Shown: positions 37,016-50,018 of the stretch, piece after piece
How the letters are laid out: every line of letters starts with the position of its first letter
Numbering within the stretch: position 1 is the stretch's first letter
Origin: Gekko japonicus
Taxonomy: Eukaryota
Assembly (NCBI RefSeq): GCF_001447785.1
Contig: NW_015172595.1
Location: 251,036 to 314,829 of the forward strand
DNA length: 63,794 nt
Reading direction: 5' to 3'
Notes under the pieces: generated by a model
What the model saw: the letters and a program-made list of their open reading frames with translations, nothing else
What the model was told of the DNA's origin: nothing
Databases searched by the model: none
Program-made: the position numbers and the translations under genes

Positions 37016-38746
37016 TGGTGGTGGTGCTGGTAGCAGCGGTGGCGGTGGTGGCTGAGTTTGAGGGAGAATGAAATGGGTGAAGGCATTATTACCCCACTGT
37101 GTTCAGTGTCCTTGAAGCACAGACTGTAATGCTACAGGGGTCAGTTTGGTTTGTTCCAGGGCCATTTTCACCTCCCAGTCCACTCCAGAATCAAGGAATG
37201 CATGAATTGATGGCAAGCGTGTCTGAAACTCCCCAAAGAATTTTTTTAACTTCCATTTTCAGATTTTGAGGATCTGGTTTGCAGTGTCAGATTCCAGTTT
37301 CAATCTCTGCAAGACTGTATGTGTCCACCAGTTCTACAAGGTTTCACATTCCAAAAGCTATTGTTGCTATTAAGGATGCCTAGATGGGATTCTTACACAT
37401 TCATTCCCAATAGGAATTCTCTGTGGAGTACAAAATACCATTTCAAGTTGTCCATCGTGTCATCTTTGTCATGCAGGTGTTGGTATGTTTTTTGTAGTTT
37501 TGTTTTTTGGATATGCATTTGGATATTGAACGATAGACATACTATGGAAATGCAGATTGCAACATGTATCAAATATGTGCAAACATGTATAAAAGAGCAT
37601 TAAAATGTGCAGGTTTTTTGCCAAATTTGCAGAGTTGCCAACCTGCAGATGGAACCTGGAAGTCGCCTGGATTTATAACTGATCTCTGGACTACAGACAT
37701 CAGTTCCCCTGGAGAAAATGGCAGCTCTGGAGGGCAGACTCTGTGGGATACCATATGTCTAGGAGAAACAAGTCCTAGAGTGACAGCACATCTCTGCTGA
37801 GATCCCTGCCCTCCCCAAAGTCAACTCTCCCCAGGCTTCACCCTCAGATTTCCATAATTTCCCTGCCCAGAGTTGGCAGCCTTGTGGAAGTGGCTTCAAA
37901 CTCCACGCAGAGTGGAATGGTAAAGGGCACATGCCAGCATTCCCCCTGCTTCACCCTTGTGAGGTTTCAGTGAAAGAGATTAGCACAAATTTGAATATTT
38001 CCTGTTGCAACCTGTGGGACTTCCAAATGCATAACTTGGGCTGGATCGTGCCCTATATTTTTTAAATGATGAATAGTGCTCCAAATCCTCTGAACATCAT
38101 CAGTGATTGTTGTTGTTTTTTAATGTACTTTGCAGCATGGTTTTTTGGCATAAATAATTTTCCAGCTTCTTTAAAAGCACAGACTGACATTTACAATGTT
38201 GTCAGATTTTATGACAATGGTTGGGAGTGATAGAGAAGAGATGGTCTTCCTTTCCTGCCTTACAAGCTGTAAACGGGGTCACTTTAATTAAATCCTGTAT
38301 TAGTAGAGCCAGAATAAGAGGGCTAAACCGCCCAAGGGCCCTGTTTGAAAGACACTGCCCATGTCCTGATTGGAGAGGTTTAATAACAATTAGTTTTAGT
38401 TGCTTAATTGTTAGTGAATATATGGGGATTCATCACTGGGTTCATTTAGACTCAGTGAGGAATTCATATAGGATCTGTAATCTCTTATACTAGAGCTAAA
38501 GCTCCATCTGGAGGCAATAGACTCATAATTTGGCTCCCTTCCTAAATTCTGGTGAGGAAGGGCTGAATAAATACCAAACAACTAGGATGCAAAGGGAATA
38601 TTTTTGAGGGGGAAGAGAGTTCTCAATCATGTTCTAAAATGGCTAAAGTTTGTACTTTTATTGGTATTCCTTTCCAAACACTCTTACCCTTCCACGCCAT
38701 GTAGAATATTCTACTCTTGCAACAGACTCCCAATTTTAAACACATT

Positions 38747-38972
38747 GGCTGATTTCGCACTAGAGCTGCCTCAATGTTGCGTCGCCGTTTGCCCCGATAC
38801 TATTAGTCAATTTCACACCTGAAGCTTGTTTTTTGAGGATCACGAAACTGTGGAGGAAATTGGGTGAAGCCACGGGTCAAATGCAGCCCCACGGCTTCGG
38901 GTGTGAAATTGACCAATAGTATCGGGACAAATGGCGGCGCAACATCGAGGCAGCTCTAGTGCAAAATCAGCC
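38747..38972. mobile_element. Long-TIR MITE (PIF/Harbinger-like)
   Basis: ~79-bp inverted arms starting GGCTGATTT and a 3-bp TSD ATT. Confidence 0.88.
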
Positions 38973-39269
38973 ATTCTCTTGGACCAAGCCCCAGAATACA
39001 CATTATGATGCCCTGACCAACCTCTAGAATGAGGAGGTGGCCTAAACTGGCAGGCCCAATCAGTTCTTGAGGAATAACAAAATGGCAAGGATGGCAGCTT
39101 GATCATTAATAATGAACAAATCATGAGGAATCCAACAGAACATGGCCATAACTCACTCTTGAGCCTATTCTGTGCTTATTTAATACTAAAGATGCTGGTA
39201 AATAAAACATGTTTCCACCATCATTGTGTCTGCCCAGTTCCGCCCAGCAGTGCTATTCCAACTAGTTAG

Positions 39270-39570
39270 AAGCCTACAGTATCTTGGCTATACTCCAGTC
39301 ACATACAGATTAGACTACTGCAATGCATTCTATGTGGGTCTGCTTTTGAATACTGTTTGGAAACTCTGGCTGGTTCAGAATACAGAGGTAAAGTTTCTGA
39401 GTGGAGTAGATTATTGGAGTAGAATATCTCACGAGTTGTGAAAAAGCTTTACTAGGTTCCAGTTCATTTCTGAGCAGAATTAGGAGTGCTGGTTATTCCC
39501 TTTAGATACTTAGATTGCCCAGCTATTAAGTTTTTCAACAGAGCCCCTGCTCTGTGTGTCCATAATGCTG
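39270..39570 (+). mobile_element. Old L2 fragment
   Basis: Peptide VTYRLDYCNAFYVGLLLNTVWKLWLVQN. Confidence 0.75.
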
Positions 39571-40206
39571 CAATTTGAATAAACCATTAGGCTTTTCAGC
39601 AGTTGGTGTGATGGTTATAACAAGACCACTTCGCTCCTTGATTTCAGTGAAACTCACATCATTCTGATTCTTGGTACAAGGACTTGCCCTTCTAGCTTAC
39701 TGTGCCAGGAGATGGCTGATGCTGGCATGGATACTTTGTGCCAGGCACCAGAATGATGAGACAGCAATTATCCACAGTGGTTTCCCCCATTAGCTATGTA
39801 ATCTCTGTTCTACTGATCCTGCCCCCTTAAAAGAAACAACATTAAAATAATGTTGAATAAATGTTTAAATAATGACTATCCAATATGGATTTTACAGGTG
39901 GCTCGTAATACTATTTAAAAACACCTTATAATGAAGCAAACATCAGGGACCTTCCAAAAGCCCTCTGAAAATGTGCAGCCCATCTCTGCTCTGAAGCATC
40001 AGTAGTAAGGAGACACAATGCTCCTCCTTTGGCAGGGACTTCCATGACCTTTGTAACACTACAGAAAACGTCTGATCTCATGTAGTCACCCACTGAACCT
40101 CTCATTAAGCTGGATTTCCGTAGTTCAGTCTTTATCATGGTCATCTAACGTCAAAGGTCTCTCGTTTGTAACCTGGTGGAAACATGAGCAGTATTATTTT
40201 TGAGAA

Positions 40207-40392
40207 GGGGCTGTGGCTCACTAATAGAACATCTGCTTGGAACACAGAAGGTCCCAAGTGCAATGCCTGGCATCTCCAGTTAAAAGGATCAGGAAGTGGG
40301 TGATGTGAAACACCTTCACCTGAAACCCTGGAGAACTGCTGCCAGTCAGAGTACTCAGTGTTAACCTTAATAGCAGTGATCTGATTTAGTAG
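40207..40392 (+). mobile_element. Squam2-like tRNA SINE
   Basis: GGGGCTGTGGCTCA head and the shared body. Confidence 0.8.
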
Positions 40393-41043
40393 CTCTGAAC
40401 ATACGACTCCTCAATGCATTTGGTCAATGCAGAGAGAGAGAATTCATGAGCATGTTGGCCCCACTCCTGCATCTGTGCAATTGTTGGCTCCTCAGCACAG
40501 TGCCAATGTGTGGTGGAAGCACCCTTACATCCCAGGACATGCTGATTTCCAAACATCCCAGATCACAAACAGGGATAGAACATGCCCACATTCCTTCTGT
40601 GAATAGGTCCATTGCTGACAAGCCAGCAATCACACAGAGATGGAAACAAGGCCAAAGCATTTGTGTCTGATCTCCCTCCCCATTTGTTGACTGAATGCAT
40701 GGAGGGGGTTTGTGCTCAGGGCTAGTACAGTGCAGCTCCATGTGTGTGAGTTCATGGGTGCACGGGCAATTAGGGACGCACATAAAGATCATCTGAACAA
40801 GGTCTCAGTATTTAGGTAGATTTACAATGGGAGAGAGCTGCTAAAGTATGGTGGGCATGGACTTCTTTCAGTTTTCAAGTTCTAAAGCAGCACTTTGAAC
40901 TGGGCCTGGAAATTAGTGGGGAGCCAGTGGAGACAGCATCAGTCTGAAGTGGTATGCTCTCCCCTTTCAGTACCTGACAGCTGTGTTCAGGATCACTTAA
41001 GTCCCAGACAGGTAATGCAGCCATACACACAGCACATTACAGT

Positions 41044-41251
41044 CAATGCTCCCTCTAAGCTGTGGAGTCTTGTGAGCAAAAAAAATCTGCTTTCTGAGCT
41101 ACTGGCATTAAAGTTGTGAGCGAGCGATTTGGCTACTGCATGAACTGGTTTGCTCTGGAGCCCTCCTTCCTGAGCTAAGACAAAAATGTATGAGCTGGAG
41201 GCTAAAAATCTGTGAGCTAGCTCACACTAACTCAGCTTAGAGGGCACACTG
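41044..41251. mobile_element. hAT MITE family A, copy 3
   Basis: 8-bp TSD ATTACAGT. Homologous to 8764-8972. Confidence 0.92.
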
Positions 41252-42001
41252 ATTACAGTATGAGCAAATGTCACTAGACCCATCCTATCTAGGAAAGGGT
41301 GCAGCTCTCCTACCATTGGGAACTAGTAGAAAGCAATCCTGGCCCCCACAATTACCTACGCATCCAAGGAGCAGGATCACCCCAGACTGAGACCCGAAGT
41401 CTTAAAGAGGAATACTGCCCCTATATAATACTGCCAATATACCTATTCCCAGATCAGCCATATTTCCAACTAACATCATTTCTATCTCATATGCTTTAAA
41501 CGTTAGTTGATTGCCTTGATCCTAAGTGCTACTGCTTTCAGACATTAATTTCAAGAGTTCCAGTGCCGCCCTAGTATTTGATTGAAAAGAGAGGGAGAGG
41601 GCTGAATGTGATCAGCATCATGATGACATAGTAGCCTACGGGGGATAAGATGGAAACTAACCATGCCGGTCACACCCTCTCGTCCCATCATGTTGTGTTT
41701 TTTAAAGACTGCAGAAAGCACCCCTTCCATCAAGGAAGCATGTTTGGATCTCTCCCATGCAGGAGGCCAGACTCACAGTGGATCAAATCAAGTAAGAAGA
41801 AGGGCATAGTGTGCAGATAGGAGGCCTCATCTCTACAAGACCTCTGTCCACATCTTGTGGCTGCACATACTGAAAACTATCCAACAAAACAGTACATGGA
41901 CATCCAGATCAATCTCAATAATCAACAGAGTAGGGATGTATGTGAGGAATTTTATCTGCCAAGCACTGTGCAAAAACTGAGTTCCTCCAAATCTCTCTCT
42001 T

Positions 42002-42268
42002 GGAGAGGAGATTGGATTTATACCCCATCCTTCACTCGGAGACTCAGAGCGGCTTACAAACTCCTTTCCCTTCCCTTCCCCACAGCAAACACACTGTGAG
42101 GTAGGTGGGGCTGGGAGAGCTCTTTCAAGAACTGCCCTTTCAACGACAGCTCTTGTCAGAACTATGGCTTGCCCAAGGTCATCCAGCAGCTGCAAGTGGA
42201 GGAGTGGGGAATCAAACTCGGTTCTCCCAGATTAGAGTCCGTGCACTTAAACACTACACCATACTGTG
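42002..42268 (-). mobile_element. Squam3-like SINE
   Basis: Matches the other copies over its full length. Confidence 0.88.
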
Positions 42269-43327
42269 GCACCACAGACTTCTCTCCCTAACTACCTTCC
42301 TGTGTTGCAGTCTGGGACACAACAGCAACCCCAACCCCTACATAAACCTTTAAACCCACAACAGCGGACTTCTATGCTGCATCACAAACTTAATTCCACC
42401 TCTCCCAATCTCGCTCCTTTTTTCTCATCCATGATAGGAAAGTCTATTTCCTTTCCCCCCTCATCTATGATAGGAAGCTCTATTTTCTCCACCCCCATTC
42501 AACACAGGCAGTTGCTCACTTTCTCATCTCCTCCCATCCCCTTCCCCTGAGGAAAAACAGTTTCCCTCACACTCCTTCTTGCCAACGGAGCAGTTTATCA
42601 GAACTCACAGACTCATCTATCAGTCCGATTCATCTTTCCTTTCAGCCTTTGGGGAGAGTAAACCACAAGCTGCCTTTCTAAAGAAACTGGTAGTAGCCAT
42701 AGGCGTTGATATGAGGAACAAGGAAGGTGTCATTTTTCACTCAGGCTAACATTTAAGCTCTTTCATAAATACAAAATCAAACTAAGGGGTTAGATGGACT
42801 GCCATCCCTTCTCCTTTAGATAGAAATGACTGTGCATTCCTCATACTGGCTTTGTAGAGGGGAATGACAATAGGATTACATTCTTTGAACAGAGTAAATT
42901 GTAAGGGACACTCTAAATCTCAAAATGGAATAATTCAATAACATAATGTGAATGCTCATAGGCTTATCCTGGTCCTTGCTTTGAACGGTACATAGGATCT
43001 TCTGTTTGTCAGTCTTGGGCCCTTTCTTCACCTGTTATTTTGCCTCGGTTTCTGAGTGCATCATATTCTTCTGTTCTGCATTCCCTCTCGCTTTCTCTTC
43101 CAGTTTATGTTGGGGCTTTTTCTTGTTTCTGCATTTGTTTTACAGGAATCTGCATTCAGCCCACTTCCAGCACACTGTTGCCCTGCAGTTACCCAAACTC
43201 CTTTTGCTGCAATACTTTGTTCTTATCCACTTTTGAACCACTAATCCCTTCTAAAGTAGAATTGTTTCTGTGAGTATTTAAGTGCTGCCCACTTCCCTCC
43301 CCCATCTCTGCCTCTCTTTAGGTTGAT

Positions 43328-43804
43328 GCTCCCTCCCCATTCTGTTTTCTTTCCCTCCTTCTCCATAGGCAAAAGGGGACGTGTCCTCCCACTCAGGCAA
43401 ATTTTTAAAAAGCCAGAGAGAGCATAACAAGGAATCAGTAAATATAAAGGACTAGAGGATTCCCTGCTCCCAAATGTGTCAGTCTTGCATCTGTGGGGCT
43501 GTATTTCCCCCCTCTTTCCTTTCTTTTTGCAGAATCATGGAGGGAGGGAGGGAGGGAGGAGTTGGGTCTGCAGTTAAAAGTTTTGAGAGATGTTCGCCTT
43601 TCTCTTCATCTTAGACAAAGCAGCCAGTTAGCTCTAAAAATGTAGGTTTTGCTTGGAGATGCAGAATGCATACAGAATACACAAATAAATAAACCGGAGG
43701 GGGGGAAACAGTGCAGAGGGAATGCGTGCAACTGCAAAGTCAACCCTTAAGCCTTGACTCCTTGGATTCTCCGGAGCAAGCTGTCAGTGCAGAAAGGGCC
43801 AAAG
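43328..43804. repeat. Copy B (uninterrupted) of the ~475-bp duplicated block
   Basis: Roughly 90% identical by eye to 30176-30563 + 34031-34113. Confidence 0.9.
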
Positions 43805-45413
43805 TCTACCTATTTTGCTAGAACTGGGAGAATTAAAGACAAAATGTTATTGCTATATAACCATGTATAATGCTGTGAAATGCTCATGAGGGAGGACACA
43901 AGATGAGGCTAAGGCATCAGAAGGTGAGTATATGCAGAAGTGGTCAAAGACATATAAATGCCAATGGTGAAAGAAATTTAACATTCGATTTGAACTGGAG
44001 TTGGCTNNNNNNNNNNNNNNNNNNNNNNNNNNNNNNNNNNNNNNNNNNNNNNNNTGAGGTTACTATCACCCAACTTAGGTATTTCTCACAATTGTTTTGA
44101 GCATAAAATAGGAACCCTTGAGCATCTGCCACACAACATTCGCACATTGCAGAGGATAATGGGGCACGTTCTAGGGTTCACACTTGGTGCACCTAAGCCA
44201 TGGAGCAACATGCATGGACTGAAGATGAGACCTAAAACACACCCAATACTCCCTATGGCTGCACAATGTGGGAGACAACTGACAAAAGTGGGCAAGCAGT
44301 CGTCTAGAGAACTGTGTCCACCATTAGTGATCTTCTCATCTAGGAAATCTGTGGCATTCTGTGGAAGTTCAATTGAAATTCCAAACTAGGCCTTCATTTG
44401 AAAAAGATAGGAGGTAGCCATTCAAAAAGAGAAGCCATGTATTGGGCCAAGTCTGGAAGCGTTTTTTGCCTCCTACATTTGGGCTTTGTAATATAGTCAG
44501 GAAAAACATGGCATAGCTTGTATCTATTTGTGGTAAATATTACCAGCAATGACAAGGACCATAAGAGCCAGAAGCAACTAGCCACAGGTTAGAACAGCTG
44601 TGGAGTTACTCTAGAGCCTTAGAAGCAGCCAAGGTTGACCCAGATTTATGAAACTGATGGATATACTTACCATCTCTGGCTCAGCATCAGCTTAATCTTG
44701 TAGCTATAGCCAAGCAGTTGCACCTAAAGCACACTGGAAATCCTGAATGGTCATTCTGCCTGCAGTGCTCCAAGAAAACTAAGCTAGGCTGGATAGAAAT
44801 TGGTAAGGATTTTTTCTCCCCTCCAAAGATCACAGGGCTGAGTAATTGGGAAGCATTTAGGTATGATTATAAATATGCCTGGGATAAAATTAAAGGGTGA
44901 TGATTTTTCTTTGAAATGTCTAGCACGGTAATTTATGAAAAGAAAATTGGGTTTGTGTGTTGGGAAAGAACATCGGGATTCTGTAGCTCACAGATCCACA
45001 TAACTTAGTACTATTCAGCAATTTACAATACTAGATGGATTGTAATCTTGGCAAGGGACCAAAGAACCACTCAGCCAGGAATGCTGAGAACTTTGATGTG
45101 AACATGATCACCAAAAAACTTACTTTGATCGATCTGCTTGCTTACACGCAAGCTGAGCCTTCTTACCAGATGGCCTCTATGTTGATGTCTGTTCAGTATC
45201 TGGCACAAATGCTATGATGAGCAGCTTTGTGTCTGCACAGGAACCTCTTTGCTCTGGGGCAATGGTTAAGTTGTACTTTGGTAAAGCAGTAGTGTTTGTA
45301 TTACAGCCTGAGGCCAATTTTGCACTTGTGCCATCAGCAAATGGATCTTCTCAAGCATTGGAGAAGAGGCATATATTCCCTGGGGTCATGGCTGAGCTGT
45401 TAAATCAACCTAC

Positions 45414-46492
45414 TTGTTCATAAATGATTTGGAGTTAGGAATAAACAGTGAAGTGGCTAAATTTGTGGATGACACAAAATTGTTCAGGGTGTTGAAAAGC
45501 AGGGAGGACTGTGAGACACTCTAAAGGAATTTGTCAAGGATGGGCGAGTGGGCATCAATGTGGCAAATGGAGTTCAATGTGGCCAAGTGCAAAGTGATGC
45601 ATATTGGGGGCAAAAATCCTAACTATAAATACATGTTGATGGGGTCCGAACTGGCAGAGACTGACCAAGAGAGAGATCTTGGAGTCATAGTAGGTAACTC
45701 ACTGAAAATGCTGAGACAGTGTGTGAATGCAATAAAAAACGCCAACACTATACTGGGGATTATTAGGAGGGGAATTGAAAACAAATCAGCCAGTATCATA
45801 ATGTGCCTGTATAAATCAATGCTGCAACCTCATTTGGAGTACTGTGTGCAGTTCTGGTCACCACACCTCAGAAAGGATATTATAGCATTGGGAAAAGTGC
45901 AGAAAAGGGCCACTAGAATGATAAAAGGGTTGGAACACTTTCCCTATGAAGAAAGGTTAAAGTGCTTGGGGCTCTTTAGCTTGGAGAAACGATGACTGAG
46001 GGGGTGACATGATAGAGGTTTACAATATTATGCATGGGAGGGAGCAGATAGAGAAAGAGGTACTTCTCTCCCTTTCTCACAATAAAAGAACTCATGGGCA
46101 CTCAATGAAATTGCTGAGGAGTCGGGTTAGAACAGATAAAAGGAAGTACTTCTTCACCCAAAGAGTGATTAACACATGGAATTCACTGCCACAGGAGGTG
46201 GTGACAGCTACAAGCATGGATGGCTTCAAGAGGGAATTGGATAAACATATGGAGCAGAGGTCCACCAGTGGCTATTAGCTACAAGGTATAGATAGGAACT
46301 CTCAGTCTGGGGCAAGTGATGCTCTGTATTCTGGCTTCTTGGGGGGAGCAACAGTGGGAGGGCTTCTAGTGTCCTGGCCCCACTAGTGGACCTCCTGATG
46401 GCACCTGGTATTTTTGGCCACTGTGTGACAGAGTGGTGGACTGGATGGGCCATTGGCCTGATCCAACATTGGCTTCTCTTATGTTCTTACTT
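45414..46492 (+). mobile_element. 5'-truncated CR1 LINE
   Basis: FINDLELGINSEVAKFVDDT, FNVAKCKVMHIG and [12 protein letters not shown] motifs, ending in a TTATGTTCT tail. Confidence 0.95.
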
Positions 46493-48571
46493 ACCTACCA
46501 CTCACAATTCACCCTCTTTTTATACCTACACAGCTAAATGTCTGGGATTGGATATACTGGGTTGGATCCAAACGAACACTGCTATCCTGGGAGATGCGAA
46601 CCTGCAGAGGGACCCAATAAGGAGCTACACTGGCATATCCTTGAGATACGGGCGCGTATCCCCGAGATGCCCTGGTGGAATATCACAGCAGCGCTGGTGA
46701 AATATCACAGCAGCACTAAATCACTCACAGGTACTGGCGTGGCAATGGCGTGGAGCAATGCTGGTGCAAGTGGCTGCACATGAGGGAAAAGGGGCAGACC
46801 CAGAGGTGTGGGAGGAGTTAGTTTGCTCCCTAAGTTGCCACAGCCCAGGAACACCCTCCAGACCAGCATAAAATTACACCAGCAAAAACCACAGATGCCC
46901 ATACAATAGAAAAGGCAAAACACACCCATCCCTGCTGTGGCCACACCCACAGGCTCCAGCATAACACAGGTTGCTAACTACAGCTGCAGTCAATCAATCT
47001 TCTCTCCAGCACCGGCCAAGGCCCCTCTCCCCCAAACTACATAAATCCCAGCAAGGATGTCCCATAGTCCAGTAGGTAGGGCATGAAATGTAGGACTATC
47101 TTAGGGGTCTCTGCTGTGCACACTTAGAGCTTACAGCATTGCACTTTAGTGGTGGGAGAAGCACAGAGTGCACTGCACTCGGTACTAACACCCAAGGGGG
47201 AGAGCAAAGTCTAGGCTGTGTGGCTAGCATATCTCTCACACTAGTAAGCATAGCATGTGAGAGCTCACAGTGGGACGGAAGGGGTGGAATGTCTGTCTGC
47301 ACCAGCAGATTTTGCAAGTGGTTACATTGTGCAGTTCCTTCAAACAGATGAGACAGAGATTGTGCTCACCACTATGGGTCATTTTAGTAGCACATATTGT
47401 GCATTTTTTGAGAAGTGCCTTGGCACTATGCCTGAGACCACAGGCAGTCAAAACAGCAGAGACCTAGGGTAGGCTGATGAGAGTCACCTCACCCAGTCCG
47501 ATGTATCTCCCACAGAAGAAATGTAATCCCACTGGTACAAAAGGAGAGCAAGGAGGGAAAACCTCGAAGCAAAAAAACCATGACAGAATCGTACTGAACA
47601 GCTACACTGGGAAGCACCTATCCATGCAGTGACAAAAAAGCAACTGCGGTAGAAGGGGGTGCCCCACCTCTGGATCGTGTGACGGTTTAGGCAGGAAAAG
47701 CCATTAGCTCTGGCTCTGGAAGGGAGGGGCACCCCTCAAAGGGGCTTTTTAGCTGCAAAGAAAAATCTTTCCATTTTCTGAAGACAGAAAACGAAGGGGT
47801 AGCCATGAGCTAACAAATGGTTGCATGTGGGCAGTGCTCTTGCTTGTGGAGGGATGGGCATCCTGTCAGCCATATGGGTGACCTTCTTCTGTGGGCTTGG
47901 GGGGTGCTCAGGCCATGTGCCTCTTTGAGGGTTGCACTGTCACTGGGTCTTTCCTCCCAATCTGCTGTGTCTCTGTGGTGAGCAGGAGGTGTGGCAAAGT
48001 GAAGTAGCCAGATCAGTAGGCAGTGCTTTGCTGCACTTGTGTGTGCCACTCAAAGGAATGTCATTGGGTACTGTGGCCTGGTCAGTGGGTGCTGCTGGGG
48101 TTGCTATGGTCTCCAGCATGCTTGCTATACTATCCCTGCCTTGCAGAGGGGCAGGTGTTATTATTTACCCCCCGCAGAATGTCCACAGGAAACAGACCAG
48201 CAGTGCCTCCAACGTGCTGGTGACTAGCCAGCTCCACCATGGCAGTCCTCAGGATTTGGCTGCCCAATGGAAGGATGGAACTTTCTTGCCTTCCTGGTCC
48301 TACTGCAGCCCACTGGTCTCCATGAAATGCTGCTCCTGGAGGACAGGGGACCACGAAGAACGACTTAGGTGGGTCTGCAGTGGGAAGGGTGGAATTGGTG
48401 GAAATCACCAATGTAGCCTGGATCCAACCCCTTTTCAGAGTTCTCTGCTGCTGCAATCAGCAGCATTGATCATGACTGCAAGACCTGATTCATCACCTAG
48501 GTTTGTTAGTGAGTAATGCATCATTGTTTAAAGGAGACAACAAAGTAGTAAGTCTCAACTGTCAAATGTTA

Positions 48572-49240
48572 GGGAGTGGTGGCGCAAGCAGTAAATGAAG
48601 CCTGCATTCCATCTGTCCGAACAGCTTCAGCTGTTCGAGCCCCACCATGGCCGGGGTGAGCTCCCAGTCCAGATCCCAGCTCCCGCTCACCCAGCAGCTC
48701 GAAAGCCCGTATGGGCAAGTAGACAAATGGGTACCTGCTCTTAGAGCAGGGGGGGGCACCCGTCCTTCCCTTCGTGATGGCGTGGCAGCAGCATGAGCAG
48801 CGGAGTAACAGTGGCGGCAGTGGAGAACATGGCGGCAGTGGTGAGGCGAGCGACCGAGTGGAGACTGGGCTGGCAGAGCACGGACGCGGACCGACGCAGT
48901 AAGCCGGAGCCAACCGGACAGAGGCCGGCTGCGGGAGCATGCGCGGACGTGCACTATGGCCCATACCCGGAAAGGAGCCACGACGACCAGAGGAAGACCT
49001 GTGCCAGAAAAAAGATGACGCCAGATTGAAAAGACTTCCCGCAAAAAGAGACTATAACAACGAAGACTCCGCTATGGGTGCCTGTTAGGTTAGTCAATTC
49101 CCCCTCAATTGTATGTGTGTGGCCCTAGGAAGAGATTGTGATAAATTGTATATGCAAAACCGCTTAGAGCCCTTAGGGGGTGAGCGGTCTACAAATTGAA
49201 GGAATAAATAAATAAAATAAAATAAATAAAAGAAAAAAAA
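48572..49240 (+). mobile_element. Full-length chimeric SINE (Sauria-type head, variable core, L2-type tail), copy 3
   Basis: A box TGGCGCAAGCAG (48580), B box GTTCGAGCCC (48633), Sauria-like body, CCGCTT...GAGCGG hairpin (49160-49187) and an A-rich tail. Confidence 0.85.
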
Positions 49241-50018
49241 GCAATGTGCTTTTAAGTTGGAGACAGTGGCAGTAGACCCAGCTAAGGTGGGAAGTAGCAA
49301 CTGTGACAAAGAAGTGTGTAATCACACATGCTCAATCACCTTTTCATCACAATCAGACCCATTCAGACTGTTTGGATGTAGACAAATACTATGTCAAACA
49401 TTTGCTTTCCATAATTGCTGTGAGGAGAACGTGAGCTGAACCACTGAGTGCTTGAGNNNNNNNNNNNNNNCTTGAGGATTCCTGCACAAACTGTTTTTTC
49501 TGTGCACAAAGGTTCTTGTTATTGTCTAACAACACCTCTGCATGCTTACCCCCATGTCACCACAGTGGCAAGCTACCTGGCAAATTACTTTGGAAACTAA
49601 GAGAAAATGCAAAAGTAGTTTGTGAAGTGATGTGGAGTGTGTGTGTCGTTACACAAAAGCAGGGATCAAAAGCCCCATGAGGTCAGCATAGGATCCTGGC
49701 CATGGTTTGGTGATGAAAACAATAGGTATTCCCTTTGATAAAGTCACTTAAGTTTGTAATTACCTGCTTCAGAATATGAATTTATCCTTAGATGGGTTTC
49801 AAATTGTGTAGAATTTCCTCCAGAATTTCTTCTGTGGCACATAATGGCAAATGAGACTTTACACACTTGTTGTCAGTGTTTGGGCTGCTCTGTAAATATG
49901 TGACAAAAGTTTAATAATAGGCCTTCATTTTAGATTGGATGGATTGCTGTGAAGCAAAGACAGCTTCTTTTTAGATCCATGCACAGTCGTTCTTAGTATA
50001 ATGTTAACCCTTAGTAAT

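Noticed and set aside
47932-48516. 194-aa ORF
   Set aside because: Non-ATG start, no recognisable motif and overlapping ORFs in other frames. Probably decayed repeat.
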